From: Lama guanicoe
Taxonomy: Eukaryota
Reading direction: 5' to 3'
NCBI GenBank assembly: GCA_013239625.1
Contig: MU053934.1
Location: 9,569,352 to 9,633,351 of the forward strand
DNA: 64,000 nucleotides
The notes under the pieces were generated by a model. That model ran no database searches. It saw only the letters and a program-made list of their open reading frames with translations, and had not been told where the DNA came from. Shown here one piece after another: positions 10,395 to 22,383 of the stretch (position 1 is the first letter of the stretch; every line of letters begins with the position of its first letter). A program made the position numbers and the translations under genes.

Positions 10395-12914
10395 GCACTC
10401 GATGAAAAGTGCAGCTCTGGCTGGGGAAGGGCGGCCTGCGGATGCTGCCCAGTCACAGGCAGTGGGGGTCCGTGAGGCCTGAATGGTCCCCACAGCCCTG
10501 AGGCCCAGCAGCCCTCGGGGTCACAAACAAGGGGGCAGGGTGGAATCAGCATCAGCCTGGCAGCCACTGCAGGAGGCAGGGCCTCTCCCCTCCCTACACC
10601 CCCCGGGGTGGGTATAGTGCTCTGGGCACTGTGAGGGGGAGGGACATCCCCCACTTCCAGCCACCGGGAGGACTGCTGTCCCCTGCCCCTTCCACACACT
10701 GGACAGAGGTCTAACTGGTGGGCTGGAGTCTGACCCTGTGTCTGTCTGCCCTTCTCCCCGCATCGGACCACAAGACCTTTGCCTCTCTCAGCCTCCTCCC
10801 CAACTGCGGAACAGAAGATAACCACCTCACCCCTCCCCTCTGTCTCTGGCCACCCTTCTGTGTGCCAGCCCCTGCAGATGCGGGTGTCTCCCACAGGGCC
10901 GCCCTGTGAAATGGAGGCTACCGCCTGGACCAGGCTGCAGAAGGCTGTGTGGCCCGAGGTCTCACCCAGTTGGACCACAGAAGGGCCAGTAGGAAAGCTC
11001 CGGTTGTCCACCAATTGATGGTTGGCAGGAGGCCTGGGTGGGGGCATCTAGGGGTCTCTTCTGGTCCCACAACTGGGGCTGAGTCAGATTTCCCATCCCT
11101 GCACCCGAGCTAGAGAGGTCAGCACCATGTCCAGAATCACACAGCGGTGTCCCTCTGGCACAGGGTCTCCCTCACTACCCCCTCGTAGCCCTTGAGCCCA
11201 GCCACTGGACCGTGGGCAGTAAACACTGTTGTTACCTGCAAGGTCACTGCTCAGTGGCCCTGGGCAGTCACCATCCCCCTAGATGCTCAGGGAGCCCCAC
11301 TCCCAAGGGAGTCCTGGGGGTGTTGTCCCTCAGCTGCAAAGAGGTACCCCCCCAAAGCTGTGGGCTCACAAGGACAGACCAGTGGTGGGGTGGGCAGGGG
11401 GCACGGGAATGGCCACGGGCAAGTGGGTAGGTACCACCCCTGGGCAGCTGGGCAGGTGCCATCCCTGGCAGCTGAGGGGAGCCAGGCGCACAGGGCACGG
11501 GAGCCACAGGCCCCTTAGCCAGGCTGACCCTTGCCCCAGTGAGGGGCAAGCAGCCTGGCGGGTGAGCTGCCCCACTGGCAGCAGGCAGGGGTGGCTGCTG
11601 GCCTGGCCCCAACAGAGCAGGCTTGGAGTTGGGCTAAGCCAGGTGGGCTCAGCTGTTCCAGCAGATCCTGGTGACCAGGGCAGTGTTCAGCTGGGCATCT
11701 TGTCTGGGAGATGATGAGATGTGCGGCCTCACTGGGCCTGAAGGTGGTCCCAAGGAGGCCAAGTCCAGGCCACTGTCCCACCCAGCCCAGGGCCGGGCCC
11801 CAGACAGGTCTGATGCCCAGAGAGAGCGAATCGCCGGGGCCCGAGGGGCCAGACATCACCCAGCCCTCCTCTACCTGGTTCACAGCCTCGACTTGATCGC
11901 CTCCAGCTCCGAGGGGCTCACTCACAGCAACCCTCTGCCTCCAGCTTCCCTCCAGCCGCAGGAAGCCGCTGCCACCCGGAGCACGTGGCACCCAGCTTCT
12001 TCTCACCCTAGACCTCTGCCTGGGTCACCCTCCTGCTGCCCCCCTCCCCAGTCACCTCGGCCAGGCCTTCCGTTACAGCCACCAGCTTCTGTTAACTATG
12101 CGCCCTGTGCTGTCATGCCATCTGACCCTCCTGTGGGTGTTTTTTTTTTCCCTTCATCTTAATGGTGAAAAATCTGCCCAAGGCCCCACAGCCTGGAAGA
12201 CGCCCATTCAGAAGCACCCAGGGCCCCAGGCAGACTTACACAAACACAGTCTTGCCCAGCCTTGCCTCCACCAGCGTGCGCCAGAGGCAGGAGTCTGGCC
12301 TCTCTCACCTCTGAGGAGGAGCCTTCTGGCTGCAGTCTTTCCTCTCTGCTTACACAATTGTACCCAGACATCCCTGAGTCCTGGTACCTGTGGACAGCTG
12401 GCGGGGGAGGGGGAGGGGCTTGGGGTCTGGGGCAGTCTCAACTCCAGACTGGCCAGAACAGAATGCTCATCACTGCGAAGAATCAGCTGGGTGGTGCAGC
12501 CCTCTAAGTTATCCTTTGTTCAAGACATTCCAGCTGGGAGACAGACCCAAAACAGGCACTGACTACGCTGGAGGGTTAGGGGAGCAGTGCCCTGGGGCCT
12601 GGGAGGCACAGGGAAGGAGGGAGGACCACACAGCAGAGGTGGAGTGGGGGAAAGATCATGGAGAGCCCCCTGAGATGGGTAAGTCCTGAGATGGGTTTTG
12701 TAGGATGAGTAGGAGTTTGCCAGCTACAGAGTAGGAAAAAGAATGAGAAGCCCCCACACTCACACTTGGATTGTATGTGTGTATTATGGGGCCTGCAGGG
12801 GTTGCCACATGGTATACTGATGGGGTGGGTGGGCCAGGGACCCTTTGTAGGCCCTGGGATCCCTCATGCCCAAAAGGGCAGATCATTTCTAGAGTCAGTC
12901 TCAGAATGAATCAG

Positions 12915-13150
12915 GAACCTTTAATTGCAAGTAACAGAAACCCAAGCTAAACCAGCTTAGGCCCAGAGGGGATTTACAGCCTTATGTAACAAAAAATCCA
13001 GCAATTGGACCAGCGTCAGACATGGCTGGGTCAAAGGGTGTCCTCTGGACTCTGCCTCCCCATTTCTGGTAACTGCTTCCCTCTGTGGGTCCCCACCCTC
13101 AGCAGGCCCCCTTGAAAAGGCAGAGATGGCCATGCCTCCAGACCCCAACT
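12915..13150. mobile_element. Old MaLR LTR fragment (MLT1J/K/L-like)
   Basis: ttaattgcaagtaacagaaacccaagctaaaccagcttagg is a characteristic MLT1 terminal motif. Confidence 0.55.
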
Positions 13151-16100
13151 CCCACCCCATGGAAGGCTCTCTCCCCTTCTTCAGCAGTGAGGGACAAAGG
13201 CTCAGCCCTGAACCACGGGCTGTGCATGCTCACTGGGCAGCGGGGGCTGGGGTGGAGCCAGCCCCACATCGCGGGGGTGGGGGTGGGATCGAAGGGGCAA
13301 TAGACTCTTGAGGGGCAGAGCCAGCTGCTGCTCCTGGGACGGAGGTCAATGCCGGGTGGAAATGGGCTTCACATGGGCCCTTTCCGGAACCTTGAACTGG
13401 AGAGGATGGAGGCAGCTGCGATGGCCGAGTTGGCTGGAATTTCCGTCCGTCCTCTGGAGCCGGTCTGAGTGTTCAGCTCTGCAGGCAACCAGGGCCCAGC
13501 AAGCAGCACCTCTAGAGGCCAGGCCAGCTTGGCACTGGGAGGGCAGGGAGAGGGCCTGGGCTGGTTCTGCTTTACTCAGTCGCTCACGGCTCCACGGTGC
13601 CCCAAGAAGAGCCACCAGCAGCAGCCAGGGAGGCATTGCTCACACCTGCTCCATTAGGCAGACCAGGAGCTGAGAGCTCTGTTGCCGGGAGGCGGGGTGC
13701 TGGGACTGGCCAGCAGACCTGTCCTGCCCACCCCTGAGCTGCCCTGTCTGACCCAGACACTGCCCTGGCCCCAGCGCCCACCCTCTCCTGGCCACGGTGA
13801 GCAGCTCACTGTAGATGGACACCTTCACCAGTTCCCCGCCCCCGGGACCCAGGGGCAGCAGCACATACCACCCTCCACTCCACACCACTTGTCGCTAGTC
13901 GGGGGCAGGAGCCTCACCCTGCGCCCACCCAGGAGCCCTCTCTGGCCGGGCTCAGGGGGCTGGGCAGCCACTGGCCCCAGCCCAGGAGGAGCCCACAGAA
14001 TGTTTAGCCTTGAAGCTCAAATCAGTCTGAGACAGAGGCCCAGGGTGCCAGCCTGCACACCGGGGTTCTCTAAAGCTCTGATGCCCCAGCTGATGGGGAC
14101 AAACCCCGTGTGCCCCTCCCTGGAAGCTACCTGGGTTCCCTGGCCCCCGACCACATGTATGGCTGCCTTCTCTTCTCCTTGTGCCCCCAGCAGCATGTAA
14201 CTCCCCCACTCACTCCACTTCCACCAGCGGATCTGGCCTGTTCTGGAATCAGCTGGACTAGAGGGGGCCCCGTAGACAGGGCCACAGCTAGGGCTTGGTA
14301 GCGTGCTGGCGCCCAGGTGATGTCTGGTGGACCAATCCCTCACTCACTGTCGAGGGCAAGGGGATGGGAAACGCAGGCACGGGGATGAAGTTCCCAGCGC
14401 AGCCTAGGGCTGCCCCCCAGCACGGTGGTCTCTAATGGTCGTCTTGTTCACACCAAGCTAGCATCAGACCCAAGATTCTGACCAGAACCTGTCCCAGCTG
14501 GAAAGGCTCTCGGCTAGAGCAGGGGCTAGTGGCCGGCTGCCTGAGGGGACCGCAGCTGGAGAGTGGCACCCTCGGTCCCTCCATCACAGTAGGAAGAGGA
14601 GGAGGGGAAGTTCCCCTTCCGCTTTATGTCTGAATTCTGGTACTAAATGCAGGCACGGCTTGGTGGAGCGCAGTGTTCAGCCTGGGCCGACTCCCAGGGC
14701 AGCTAGGCTGCCGGACCATGACCCAGAGCCTGGGAACACAGGCAGGACCCAGCTGTACCGTGGGGCCTCAGAGGGGCTGTCCGCTCAGGAGGCCGGCAAC
14801 GTTCCCAAGGGCAGACAGCCGCTGTCTCCTAACCCCTCATCCCCTCCCTCCCCAAAACAGTCTCCTGGCTGGAGCTCCCTGGGTTCTCAGACCCCGGGGC
14901 CCTCTGCAGGCTTGGATCTAATCTCAGGCTCTGGGTACTTCTGTGGTCCCCAGTTCACTGCCAGAGACAGAGACTGGGCAAGGTCAACCCAACATCACAC
15001 AGCAGTGAGTGACAGTGCTGGGGTTAGAAGCACCTGCTGGACCCAGCCTACACTCTCACTGTCACCACACCCGACTTCCCTGTGCTGGGGGGACAGCACC
15101 CCATTTCACAGACGGGGAAACTAAGGCCCGGGGGAGCTCAGTCCTGAGGTCACACCCTGATCGGGAAGATCACTCTGTCTTACATTCAGCGCTCCCCGCC
15201 TGCACACCCTCCTACCCCGGCTGCCGGTGTGAGTCTCCAAATCCCACCCTAATACCTCCCCCACCCCCACAGTGAGAGAGTTCCTCTGTCTGGGCTGAAT
15301 CAAGAGCGAGGGCTGTGGGAGATGTGCCCTCACCAGCTTGAGGTCCGGAAGGCTTCCTGGAGGAGGTGATGTGGACACTAATCCAAGGTCTCAGGGCTAA
15401 GGCAGCAGTGGAGGTGGGGAGGGAAGCATGTGGTGTCCACAGGTGAGGGATCATCTGAAGGGGACAGGGCCTGGAGGCAAGAGGCGGGTGGGAGGACCAC
15501 AAAGGACCTTGGGCATCCTTGGGTCCTTGAAGGCCACAGGGAGCCATCAATGGTTTTAGCAGTGATAAGTGAATGACAAGATGGAGTGTTTTGAAATTTC
15601 ACCTGGCTGCTGTGTGGATTCTGGATTGGAGCACCCATTCCTGCTGCTCTTTGGGGTCCACCCCTCAGGGCACTGGTGCTGGGGGCCAAATTGGCTCTGA
15701 AGGAGCCCATCCTCCCAGCCCACACCCCGGACCACTGATGCAGAAACAGCCAGCAGCACTCGGTTTCTTGGAGTGCTGGCCAGCTTCAGGGACTGACGTC
15801 TCCCTGGGAGGGGACAGGGCAGGGGTGTCACAGGGCCAGGCGGTGGCCCCAGGGTAGGTCCGTCAGGAGCTTAGGTGGCAGGAGTAGGGTGGACCAGGCA
15901 GAAGAGCCACCGAGTGGCTGAAGTTTCAGAGTGAGCTTTGTGCTCGGCGTGGCTGTCAGCGGGAGCATAGCAGCCTCGGGCAGGGAGGGGTGGGAGGTGG
16001 GAGGCTCAGGAGAGGCTCAGGGCTTTGTTGAGGGTGCAGAGCACTTGTAGGGAGACAGGATGGCAACACCAGCAGGCCATGGATTTCATAGGGGTCCCCT

Positions 16101-18694
16101 GGGGAAGAGTAAGCCGGAGCCCAGCCTGTCTCCGCGGGACTTCTGAGCCTGCCCTGGGCCCCTGACCCATTTCAGGTGTGGCGTATCTCGGGGAGGTCCC
16201 CAGGCTTGTGGAAAAGCACACAAGGGGAAGTGGGGGGAAGAGGACCCTGAGGCTTCTAGAAGGAGGTGTCCAGCAGGAGTGTGGTTCTTGGGGCCAGGTC
16301 CCAGATTCAGGAGGGATGGCCTGTGGCAGGTGCTGAAAGTGTTACATGGCCCTTGGTGACCAGGGTGGCCCAGGATGGGGGCCTGTGCCAGAGGCAGCCT
16401 CTTCAGGCCTCTGGGTTCACCACAGGCTGGGTTCGTGCCCATGCTCAGATGAGTCAGGGGACCCGAGTCGGCATTCGGCCGTGTGACCAGCACCCAAGGC
16501 CTCACATCCAGCAGCAGGACCCAGACCCCGGACACCCCCGTTGGACAGTGAGGTCTGCACATCCTCAGTGGTGGCCTCCCAGCCCCAGGGCACCTGTGGG
16601 GCTGTGGGCAGAGTCCCAGGGCCCCCGACCCCGCAGAAGGGGCTCAGCCCCTTGGTCTGTCGACCTCCCACCACACCCAGCCTGGAAGCTCACGTTGTCA
16701 TGGACGCTCCCTGGCTGTCTGGGCTGTGCTGGGTGGGGCTGTGGGCAGTGGCCATCTATCTGATCCCCGCTGGTGACACTCAGGGCCAGGGGAGCACTGG
16801 GGTGAGGGTGCTGTGGGCCGAGTGTCATGGGCACCACTGTGGAGCCACTAGGCCAGAGGGCCTCTCTCAGCATCAGTGTCACATTGCCCCACATCCAGAG
16901 GCCAGGCCAGAGTCACACCGTGGTCAGGCTCAGCCAGGCCAGGATCCAGGTCTCTGCTCCAGGCTGAGCCCTCTCCCCACGGGAGGGCCACGCTTCGGAC
17001 CCAGCGGGCATGAGCAGGGGCTTTCTCAGTTCCAGGGCAGCCAGCCCCACACTGTCAGGCCCTGGACTGGGCACCCAGGTAGGGGGTGGCTGGGAGGTGA
17101 TGCGAGCCTGGGACTCCCGCAGCTCTCCAGGGTGGGGGCCGAGGCGGACCTCTTCCACTGCCCAGCTGAGAGGAACCAGGGGCTCTGGCTCCCCTGAGGA
17201 GCAGCTGCCTGGCAGGCTGGGGTGTCTGAGCACCTGGCCCCCGGGAGGGAGGCTTGGCTCCAGGCCCCCCTCACAGGCCCCCTGCCCCACCCTTCCACCC
17301 TCTCCTGACCTTCAGGGCTCTCACCCCTGGCCTGGCACTCCTCCGGGTCAGGGCTGGGGCCTGAGTCCCCTCCCATCCCCGCTCCTCCCCCTGTGTGCTC
17401 AGAGCCCTTCGGTGCCCTGCAGGCCCTGGGGGCACATCAGGGCAGGAGACTCCCTCCTGCAGCCAGATGAGAGCTGGGGAACATTTTAGGCGGCAGAGTG
17501 AAGAGATTGGAGGTGCTTTTAGAAGAGGGGGTGTGAGAGGCAGGGGAGTGCAGTTGGGGGCTGCTTGGGAAGTGGGAGAGGGCTAGGCCGGTGGCGGGGG
17601 TGGGTGGGTGGAGAAGAAGAGGGAGGGCTCTCAGGAGAAGCCCCGGCTGGAGCTGATGACTGGAGGGGATGCGGGTGGCGGGGCCGGCCAAGTCTGGCTT
17701 CAGCAGGCTTAGACAGACCAGCTGGGGTGGGGAGCCGTTGGCCAAGATGGGGAGAGCTGAGGAGTGTCCGACTTCAGGGCCGTTCAGGGAGGCCCCCAGG
17801 GGCAGCTCAGAAGGGAGGGCTGGGCGGGAGGCAGACTGGGAGGCGCTGCCTCCTGTGGGGTCCACCAGCCAGGTGGGGGGGGCACTGGAAGAGGACGGCT
17901 GCCTGAGCCAGAGCCCAGAGCAGCAGGGGACACACCTAAGGCAGAGTCGAGGCCAAGGAACCCATCCGGGAGTGTGGAGGAGGAGGGTCGGAGGGCCCAG
18001 TGTCAGGAGGAAGAAGGGAGAGGCCATGTGCATCCCAAACAGGCAGGTGGGCCCTGGGTGGGACTCAGAGACAGAGCAGACACCCCCAGAGGCACTGCGG
18101 GGACAGCCGGCGCCACGACTGGCTGGCCACCCATACCACCTGCCCAGCCTCCTGCCGGAAGCTGCTTCTGAATTCCCAGGCAGCCCAGGGGCCGGATGAC
18201 AGGGCCCAGGTCAGGGAAGGAAAGAATGAATTCTTTGCGGCACATGAAACGCGCCCTTTTCCCACCAGCCGTCACAGTTCTGTCTTTGTTCCCGGGGAGG
18301 CCGACGCTGTTTGCCTTATGGAGGGACCTAAAAAAGAAGCCCCCAGAGCCTGGGGAAGGGGCTCCCAGGGCCGGCCAGGCGTGTGTGAAGGAAAGATGGG
18401 GCTCTCCCCAACCCCGCCCTGGGATCTGGCTTGGAAGAAAGAAGCACAGGGCAAGTGGGAGTGCTTGGGAAATGAGCCGTGGAGGGAGCCGGTGAAAGGT
18501 GCTGGCAGCCTCGTCCTGGGAGCATCCTGCAGGAGACCTCGGCTTTGCTGATCCTGAGCTGATAGTGGGCGGGTATCAGGCAGGGCCCGGGGCCAGGCCG
18601 GCAGCTCTCCCTGGGCCTGTCTTTGCCTCCACCTCCAACGCTACCTCGAATCTCCACAGCCATCTGGATTGCCTGAGGGAGAAAATGAAAACCT

Positions 18695-19030
18695 CACACG
18701 TGTGTGCACAGAGACACAGACACACAGGCAGGCTCAGACACGCAGACATGAGCACGCAGAGACATGTGCATCTGCTCGCACACACCTGGACACATGTGCA
18801 CAGAGACCCACACAAACAAGCGCATGTGTGCACAAGCATATGCTCACGTGTGTGCATGTTTGTACACGCGTGTGCACGCACAGGCTCACTCAGGTGGCAC
18901 CCACGTGCAAACTTCTGTGCACAGTCACATGCACTCACATGCACACGTATGCAGACAAGCACATACCTGCTCATGCACAAACCCCCTACACAAGCATAGA
19001 CATGCATGCAGGCTTGCACACACGTGCATG
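18695..19030. repeat. Degenerate (CA/TG)-rich alternating purine-pyrimidine low-complexity tract
   Basis: ~335 bp composed almost entirely of cacac/gtgtg/gcatgc-type words. Confidence 0.85.
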
Positions 19031-20580
19031 CTCGTCTCAGTCCACCAGTGACTCAGCTGCGTGGGGTCCAGTGGCTCTCCTACCCACATCTTTCTCCTCT
19101 GCTGGGTGAGGGCTTAGAGCCATGGTCCTGGGAGCTCCTGGCTCCCAGCAGCATGCGCTCAGTGGAAGGTCAGACTGGCTAGGGAGAGCACAGTGCTGCC
19201 TTCCAGGGGCAGCTGGCAGGAGGGTGCAGGGATGCTGCCACCTCCCCACTGGGGGCCGGCTGCGCTTCCCTGGGCAGAGGGGAGGGATGTGCTCACGGTC
19301 ACATAGGCCGCTGAGGCCACGGTCCTTTTCTTGTTTGGATATAAATACCCCTTACATTACATATTAACAGAGGAAAATGGAGGCTTTGAGGGGCCGGCAG
19401 GGAGAAATTGTGGGTCTGTCCCTTCCCCACCACTGGGCCAGTGGATGACTCATTATTCAACAAGTGTACTTTCAGCGTCTGCGACTTCCCAGCAGAGTGG
19501 GACAATGTAACACCCAAGGAGACTCAAGTCCTTCCCTGCAAACCAGCTGAACCCAAGAAGAAGCCCTGTGTGCCCATGGTGGCCCGGGCCACCTCCCTGC
19601 CCTCTCGCCCCCTCCCAGGGCGTTCCTGGGCGTTCTCTGAGTGCGGATGTGAGAGTCACCGCTCTCAGGAGGGGGCGATGGATAGACGGATGATGGGTCT
19701 CAGGGGGCAGGACCCCCAGCTGCATGGGCTGTGGCCAGGGGAGGTTCCAGACACATGGCCACCATCCACATCCCTCGGCATTTGCCAGGAGAGGTTGTGG
19801 AAACAGCAGTGGGCCAGGAGCCGGAAGCCCAGTGGCACCCGGGCTGGCGCGTCCTGCTCTGCGCCTGGCTCCCCATCTGCACAGCAGGGCTTGAATCGGG
19901 ACAGCTCCCTGCTTGCTGCTGCAGTGCCGCCCCCAGCAGCCTCCCAGCTCCCAGGGAAGCTCCTCCAGGTGGGGGTGGGAGGGGATGGCTGGGGGCTCTG
20001 GGATGCAGACGGGCCTCCCTTCCAGGGCCGCACATCGGTCACTCAGGAGCCACGCAGAGCAGCCCCAGGCAGGACGCTGGGGGGGCCACCGGTGCCTTGT
20101 GAGGCCAGGCTCCTGGGTTACAAAGGGGATTTGGTCCTTTCCCCAGGCTCATGGCCAGTAAAGTCCGACCCCCTCAAGTCTGACGGTCCCACAGGTGTAA
20201 ACCTCCAGGCAGCCCCTCTCGGGAGCCCGGCCCAGCCCCGAGGAGCGCGTGGTTATTACCTCACTGGCCCTTCCAACAGCCCGGCGAGGCAGGCCTGTGA
20301 CTACCTTCTCTCTGCAGATGTCAGAATCCTTGTCCTGCGGCTTTTTATCTCTACACGAGTGGAAGGCGCTACACCCTTAAAGGCCAGAGCCCTGGGAACC
20401 GGCCCCCCCGTGGGTCTCAGGCTCCAGGCGGCATTCTCTCACAGGAGGAGCAGAACCAGCCCGACTGGGCCCGGGACCCAGAGCCCAGGGCAGAGCCAAA
20501 GGGGCAGGTCCAGCGTGGGGTCGGGCTTGTTCTCCCCTGTGACAGAGACAGTCTGCACCGGGGCCACGCTCCCCACCACC

Positions 20581-21010
20581 GTGGTGGTGCAGTAATGCCC
20601 CACCAAGACGTCCACATCCCGATCCCCAGAATCGGTGACTATGTTACCTTCTATGGCAAAAGAGACTTTGCAGATGTGATTAAATTAAGCATCTTGACAT
20701 GGGCGATGGTCTTGGATTTTCTCAGTAGGTCCACGTCATCACAAGGGTCACGAGAGGGAGGTCAGAGTCAGAGGGAAGCTGGGAGTTGCGAGGCTGCTGG
20801 GAGGAAGGGACCTGAACCGAGGATCGTGGGTGTCTTGAGAAGCTGGACAAGGTAAGGAAATGGATTCTCCCCTCGAGCCTCCAGAGCTGACCCAGCTCTG
20901 CGCACACCTTGACTGTAGCCCCATGAGACGACCTCCGGACCTGCAAGAGGATACGTTTGGGTTGCTCTCAGCCATTGCGCACGTGGTCACGTGTTGCAGC
21001 AGCCGCAGGA
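20581..21010 (+). mobile_element. MaLR solo LTR (MLT1D-like)
   Basis: Diagnostic tatgttacctt..atggcaaaagagactttgcagatgtgattaaattaag and gaagctggacaaggtaaggaaatggattctcccct.gagcctccag segments. Confidence 0.85.
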
Positions 21011-21539
21011 CCCTCACACGACGACCGCGCTCTTGACCCGAGCACGCCTCCCGCGTCACCTGGGCTGCAGCTCACAGCTTCTTGCCACGGTTCTCAGGGG
21101 CTCTGCATCCCCTCCCAGCGGACACAAAGTTAGCCCTGCCACGTTGGGCACTGGGGACAATGTCTTTCCCACGGTTGTAAACGACGCCGCAAAAACTTCT
21201 CCTCCCGTGTGGTCTCAGCGGACAGAAGGTCTCAGGATCAACCTGCCTGCGGGGCTTGAGGATTCTCCTAAGGGGACTCCTGTCTTCCTGGCACCTCCCC
21301 CAACCCTGATGTCACACTGTCAGGTGTATGGGGTGGGAAGGTCCTAATTTTACCCTGGTCTGAGCACCCACCTTCAGGCGCCCTCCGGGCCCTAGGAAGG
21401 AGAGTGGAGAGGGCTGGGACTCTGTAAGGCACTACAAACCCTAGGCTTGTGCCCTTTAAGAGCATGAATTTTAGGGCATGTGAGTTGTACTGCAGTAAAT
21501 CTATCACATCAAAAAAGAAAAGAAATATCTACTTGTTGA

Positions 21540-21932
21540 ATTTGGGGGCAGTATCAAACATACCCACAATTACCTGAAGCCACCATTAAGTTATACCCCA
21601 CCTTCCACCTGCTATGCATGTGAAGCTAGGTTTTCTTCACAGAGGTCAACAAAAATGACACACTGCAGCAGAGTGATGGCAGAAGCAGGTGTGAGGCCTC
21701 AACTACCTTCTCCTAAACCAGACATTGAAGAGATCTGAAAGTGTTGTACATGTCAACACAGGAAGGGTTGGTTACTGTTATATTTATTTGAGTTAATAAA
21801 GAGTTTTTCAGTTTTATTTCCTAACACTGGAAATGTCGACAAGTATAGCCCACAGAAACAAAACATTTTGGGGTTCTCTATAGCTTTTCAGAATAAAAAG
21901 GAGTCCTTAAACCAAAATGTTTAAGAATCTCT
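21540..21932 (+). mobile_element. hAT-Charlie DNA transposon 3' fragment (Charlie1-like)
   Basis: gcagaagcaggtgtgag...aaccagacattgaagagat and terminal ggagtcctt.aaccaaaatgtttaagaatc motifs typical of the Charlie end. Confidence 0.7.
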
Positions 21933-22049
21933 CTTACATGACCATTAAAATCAGGAAATGAACACTTACGTGACCCCGCAGAGGACAGCCTTCACTCTGA
22001 CTTCACCTGATGCTCCAAATATCTCTTTGATAGTAACTAAAAATCCAGC

Positions 22050-22220
22050 TGAGAAATGGGGAGTTATTATTGAATGGGGACAGGGCTTCAGTTTGGAAAA
22101 TGAAAAACGCTCTGGATGGTGGTGATGATAGCATAGCAACATGAATGTACTTAATGCTGTTGAACCACGTACTTAAAAATGGTACATTTTATGTTCTCTA
22201 TATTTTACCACAATTTAAAA
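22050..22220 (+). mobile_element. L1M (L1MB-like) 3' end fragment
   Basis: aatggggagttatt..tgaatggg.acagggcttcagtttgg...atgaatgtacttaatgc...tatattttaccacaatt. Confidence 0.75.
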
Positions 22221-22233
22221 ATTACTGTGTTAA

Positions 22234-22383
22234 GGGGGAGGGTGTAGCTCAGTGGTGAGTGCATGCTTAGCATGCAAAAGGTCCTGGGCTCAATCCTCAG
22301 TTCCTCCATTTAAAAATACGCAAATAAATAAATAACCTAGTTACCTTCCCTTCAAAAAATAAATTAAATAAATGCATGTTTAA
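22234..22383 (+). mobile_element. tRNA-derived SINE (camelid Vic-1-like)
   Basis: GGGGAGGGTGTAGCTCAGTGG..GCATGCTTAGCATGC..GGTCCTGGG.TCAATCC head plus A-rich tail containing an aacctaattacc-like motif. Confidence 0.85.

Noticed and set aside
18499..19109. His/Cys/Thr-rich ORFs resembling metal-binding proteins
   Set aside because: Translations of the CA/TG low-complexity tract.
19408..20595. 395-aa ORF, the longest in the window, preceded by TATAAA at ~19341
   Set aside because: Non-ATG start in the track, no recognisable protein features, ends in an MLT1 LTR; a lone TATA-like word is insufficient.
22234..22310. tRNA-Ala-like sequences (here and at the six other SINE heads)
   Set aside because: Followed by SINE tails, some with TSDs, and with degenerate stems; these are SINEs, not tRNA genes.
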